Shown: piece after piece, positions 44,677-47,078 of the stretch
Layout: each line of letters begins with the position of its first letter
Position numbering within the stretch: the first letter of the stretch is position 1
Source of the DNA: Parcubacteria group bacterium GW2011_GWD2_43_10
GTDB taxonomy: Bacteria; Patescibacteriota; Patescibacteriia; Veblenbacterales; UBA10138
NCBI GenBank assembly: GCA_000995845.1
Contig: LCEZ01000003.1
Location: forward strand, 1 to 47,078
Direction: 5' to 3'
DNA length: 47,078 nt
Translations under genes and position numbers: made by a program
Notes under the pieces: model-generated
The model's database searches: none
What the model saw: only the letters and a program-made list of their open reading frames with translations
Told to the model about the DNA's origin: nothing

Positions 44677-45366
44677 ATGCCATTAATAGAGTTCCGTAAC
44701 ATTTCCAAAAATTATCCCGGTCAAACCGTGGCCTTGCATAATGTCACCCTCAATATTGATAAGGGCGAGTTTGTTTCCATTGTTGGCCAGTCTGGCACTG
44801 GTAAAACCACCTTGGTTAAATTATTAATTGCCGAAGAAAAACCAACCGAAGGGCGGATATTATTAGGCGGCTGGGATATAACCACTGCTAAAGCCAGGGA
44901 AGTGCCGGTGATTAGGCGGCAAATTGGCGTGGTTTTTCAGGATTTCAAGCTGCTGCCGCGGCGAACAGTTTTTGAAAACGTGGCCTTTGCCCTGGAGGTG
45001 GCCGGGGTAACAGCTGAACGCATTAAGGAAATAGTGCCACAGCTTTTAAAAATAGTGGGGCTGGAACATAAGAACGATCGTTTTCCCAAGCAGCTTTCCG
45101 GCGGCGAACAGCAGCGGGTGGTGATTGCTCGGGCGCTAGCACACCGCCCGGAAATTTTGGTCGCCGATGAGCCCACTGGGAATCTTGATTCTATTAATAC
45201 TAAAGAAATTATTGAACTTTTGAAAAAGATCAACGAGTTTGGCACCACGGTTATTTTAGTTACCCATAACCGCGAAGTGGTGAATGAATTGAAACGGCGA
45301 GTGGTGGTGCTAGATGGCGGGCGGGTAGTTTCTGATCAAGCTCGCGGGCGTTATGTTTTAAGTTAA
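44677..45366 (+). CDS. ftsE: Cell-division ABC ATPase FtsE
   Basis: [40 protein letters not shown]. Confidence 0.95.
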   Translation: MPLIEFRNISKNYPGQTVALHNVTLNIDKGEFVSIVGQSGTGKTTLVKLLIAEEKPTEGRILLGGWDITTAKAREVPVIRRQIGVVFQDFKLLPRRTVFENVAFALEVAGVTAERIKEIVPQLLKIVGLEHKNDRFPKQLSGGEQQRVVIARALAHRPEILVADEPTGNLDSINTKEIIELLKKINEFGTTVILVTHNREVVNELKRRVVVLDGGRVVSDQARGRYVLS

Positions 45367-45371
45367 TCTAT

Positions 45372-46289
45372 ATGTTCTTTGTAACTTTAAGCCGCGTTAT
45401 TAAATTCTCACTCCAAAATTTTTGGCGTAATTTTTGGCTGTCAGTGGTAACGGTCACTATTATTACCCTTAGTTTAGTTTCGGTTTCAATTTTGGGCGCC
45501 TTGAATATCATTTCGAGCGAGGCCCTAAGCCGCCTGGAAGAAAGAATAGATATTTCCGTGTACTTGAAGCCGGAATTAACCCTAGCCGAAGTTCAGGCCG
45601 TAAAAACCCAAGTGGAATCTTTAGCCGGGGTAAAGGCCGTAGAATTAGTTAATGCTGAAGATGCTTTGAACCGATTCCGCGAGCGCCATTCGTCTAACCC
45701 GTTAATTGCTGAGGCTTTGCTAGAAATTGGCGAGAACCCCTTAGGGGCGAGCCTGGTAGTAAAAGCTATTTCGGATCAGGGCTATCAGGAAATTTTGGAC
45801 GAAGTTACCAGTGAAAATTTTTCAGCTTATGTGCAAAACGCCAGGTATGATGATTATCGCCGGGTAATACAAGCGATTACTGATCTCTCAACAAAACTAA
45901 CTAACGTCGGTGAGATTATCAGCCTTATTTTCCTGATAATTTCGTTGCTGGTGGTATTTAACACTATCCGAATGAATATTTACACTCATCGGGAAGAAAT
46001 CAGCATTATGCGTTTAGTGGGGGCTTCTAACAGCTTTATCAGGATGCCGTTTGTACTGGAAGGCATCCTCTATGCCTTGTTGGCTACTTTAATAACCGCG
46101 GCCATCTTCTTCCCCGGATTATCAGCGGTTCAGCCTTATGTTAATGGCTTTTTCAATGGCTACCAGTTTGATTTAGTGCAGTACTTTACTGAACATTCTC
46201 TAAGTTTTTTTGGCTGGCAGTTTATTGGCGCCTGCGTTTTAAGCATGATCGCCTCGTATGTGGCAATGCGACGCTATCTTAGGGTTTAG
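45372..46289 (+). CDS. ftsX: Cell-division permease-like protein FtsX
   Basis: TM1, a periplasmic loop domain and three C-terminal TMs (RLVGASNSFIRMPFVLEG). Adjacent to ftsE. Confidence 0.9.
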   Translation: MFFVTLSRVIKFSLQNFWRNFWLSVVTVTIITLSLVSVSILGALNIISSEALSRLEERIDISVYLKPELTLAEVQAVKTQVESLAGVKAVELVNAEDALNRFRERHSSNPLIAEALLEIGENPLGASLVVKAISDQGYQEILDEVTSENFSAYVQNARYDDYRRVIQAITDLSTKLTNVGEIISLIFLIISLLVVFNTIRMNIYTHREEISIMRLVGASNSFIRMPFVLEGILYALLATLITAAIFFPGLSAVQPYVNGFFNGYQFDLVQYFTEHSLSFFGWQFIGACVLSMIASYVAMRRYLRV

Positions 46290-46294
46290 ATCCA

Positions 46295-46648
46295 ATGGAT
46301 TTTGCCAGTAAAAAATGCGTACCCTGCGAAGGCGGCATGGCGCCACACACTAAAGAAAAGGTGTTGGAGTATTTATCAGCTGTGCCTGGCTGGCAAGCCG
46401 ATAGTGAATTTAAAAAACTAAGCCGTGAATTTACCCTTAAAGATTTTAAAGCGGCTTTAAAGTTTATTAACCAAATAGGGGAGATAGCCGAGGCTGAAGG
46501 CCACCACCCCAATATTGAATTGTTTTCCTGGAATCATGTCAGGATTGTTTTGTATACCCATGCTATTAGTGGGCTTTCTGATAATGATTTCATCTTAGCC
46601 GCTAAGATTAATCAATTGTGGGGCAACCAAGTTTCAGCTAAGGCTTGA
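46295..46648 (+). CDS. Pterin-4-alpha-carbinolamine dehydratase (PCD/DCoH)
   Basis: CVPCEGG..., FKAALKFINQIGEIAEAEGHHPNI, LYTHAISGLSDNDFILAAKI. Confidence 0.9.
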   Translation: MDFASKKCVPCEGGMAPHTKEKVLEYLSAVPGWQADSEFKKLSREFTLKDFKAALKFINQIGEIAEAEGHHPNIELFSWNHVRIVLYTHAISGLSDNDFILAAKINQLWGNQVSAKA

Positions 46649-46673
46649 CTATAGCAATAAATATCAGTAGCAT
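46645..46673 (+). promoter_or_regulatory. Candidate promoter of the tRNA-Gln locus
   Basis: TTGACT (46645-46650), 17 nt spacer, TAGCAT (46668-46673). The first tRNA-like nucleotide is at 46686. Confidence 0.4.
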
Positions 46674-46685
46674 TGATAACCGCAG

Positions 46686-46754
46686 TGGGGGATCGTCCCG
46701 CCTCAGCGGGATAGGTCTAATGGTAAGCTGAAGCTTTCAGCCGGCGTTCGCTCA
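46686..46754 (+). other. 5' part of a Gln-like tRNA shell with a hairpin insertion in the D loop and a hairpin in place of the anticodon arm
   Basis: TGGGGGATCGTC (12/12 identical to tRNA-Gln nt 1-12), a 20-nt insert containing CCCGC-ctca-GCGGG, TAATGGTA, then GCTGAA-gct-TTCAGC. Confidence 0.6.
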
Positions 46755-46793
46755 ATAGTTTGAAAATGACATATTTAAATTCGTATTCACTGC

Positions 46794-46864
46794 TGGGGGA
46801 TCGTCTAATGGTAGGACACCACCCTTTGGAGGTGGCTATGATGGTTCGAATCCATCTCCCCCAG
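46794..46864 (+). tRNA. tRNA-Gln (anticodon TTG), CCA not encoded
   Basis: TGGGGGA-TC-GTCT-AATGGTA-GGAC-A-CCACC-CTTTGGA-GGTGG-CTAT-GATGG-TTCGAAT-CCATC-TCCCCCA-G. U1-A72 and G73 as in bacterial tRNA-Gln. Confidence 0.9.
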
Positions 46865-46895
46865 CAGTGCATAGGAAAATCATTTTTAAACTTTA

Positions 46896-46961
46896 TTCGC
46901 TCACTTGTCAGTATGATGGTTCGCCTGCCTCCCGTAGGGAGGAATCCATCTCCCCCAGCCA
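46896..46961 (+). other. 3' part of a Gln-like tRNA shell: T arm with a 19-nt hairpin insertion, acceptor 3' strand, G73 and encoded CCA
   Basis: TATGATGGTTCG (12/12 identical to the inner tRNA), CCTGCCTCCCGTAGGGAGG insert, then AATCCATCTCCCCCAG (16/16 identical) followed by CCA. Confidence 0.6.
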
Positions 46962-47005
46962 ATCAACTATAAAATTAGATAATTATTAATCTTTATATAT
47001 ACATT

Positions 47006-47078
47006 ATGGCAAAAAGAGACACCGGTGTTGGCAAGGGTAATAAAACACGCAACCACAAGACTAAGAAGCGGCTGGAGA
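47006..47078 (+). CDS. 5' end of a gene encoding a very basic N-terminus (runs off the window)
   Basis: ATG at 47006. MAKRDTGVGKGNKTRNHKTKKRLE... Family not recognised. Confidence 0.35.
   Translation, partial: MAKRDTGVGKGNKTRNHKTKKRLE

Noticed and set aside
46717-46972. ORFs 46717-46962 (-) and 46760-46972 (+).
   Set aside because: They span tRNA-Gln and its tRNA-like flanks and have no coding signal.

Overview
This is a compact 47 kb bacterial segment. About 50 genes are on the plus strand. The minus strand carries only two supported protein genes (plus one unannotated 33-codon candidate), RNase P RNA and one tRNA operon. Small genes, overlapping starts and stops, the families present (DUF5654, DUF4012, a short SufD, PduL+AckA fermentation, an SOD/SUF cluster, MreB without MreCD) and roughly 40-45% GC suggest a Patescibacteria/CPR-like genome. 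That placement is inference only.

Layout:
- 1-7.4 kb: accessory region of small ORFs (DUF2726, two NUDIX, ArsR, small membrane proteins, Gmad2, SPFH, two unknown proteins). Its first 2.6 kb is organised by a repeat family.
- 7.4-9.2 kb: AdoMetDC-like gene plus a DUF3326-like gene.
- 9.2-15.5 kb: mreB, O-antigen-ligase-like gene, holB, frr, rseP, BNR propeller lipoprotein.
- 15.6-21.5 kb: Rrf2, SOD, sufCBDSU, cupin.
- 21.9-27.5 kb: PfkB kinase, pduL, ackA, two-subunit 2-oxoacid:ferredoxin oxidoreductase.
- 27.5-31.4 kb: recJ, RNase H, a minus-strand protein with a T9SS-type C-terminal domain, rnpB.
- 31.5-40.6 kb: envelope glycan cluster (priming sugar transferase, three GT4, DUF4012, murJ).
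- 40.6-47 kb: lepA, ftsB-like gene, parvulin, a tRNA operon, ftsEX, pterin dehydratase, tRNA-Gln.

Findings worth a second look:
1. A cassette-like array in which successive small ORFs are separated by copies of one imperfect-palindrome repeat, with phased TACGTAAC octamers.
2. Two separate tRNA loci where an intact tRNA sits inside the anticodon-arm region of a paralogous tRNA-like shell. The shell carries hairpin insertions but keeps acceptor-stem complementarity and CCA.
3. A promoter-preceded structured RNA of about 150 nt upstream of murJ.
4. A T9SS-sorting-domain protein in a genome that otherwise looks monoderm.

All calls come from reading the sequence and recalling family motifs. No searches were run.
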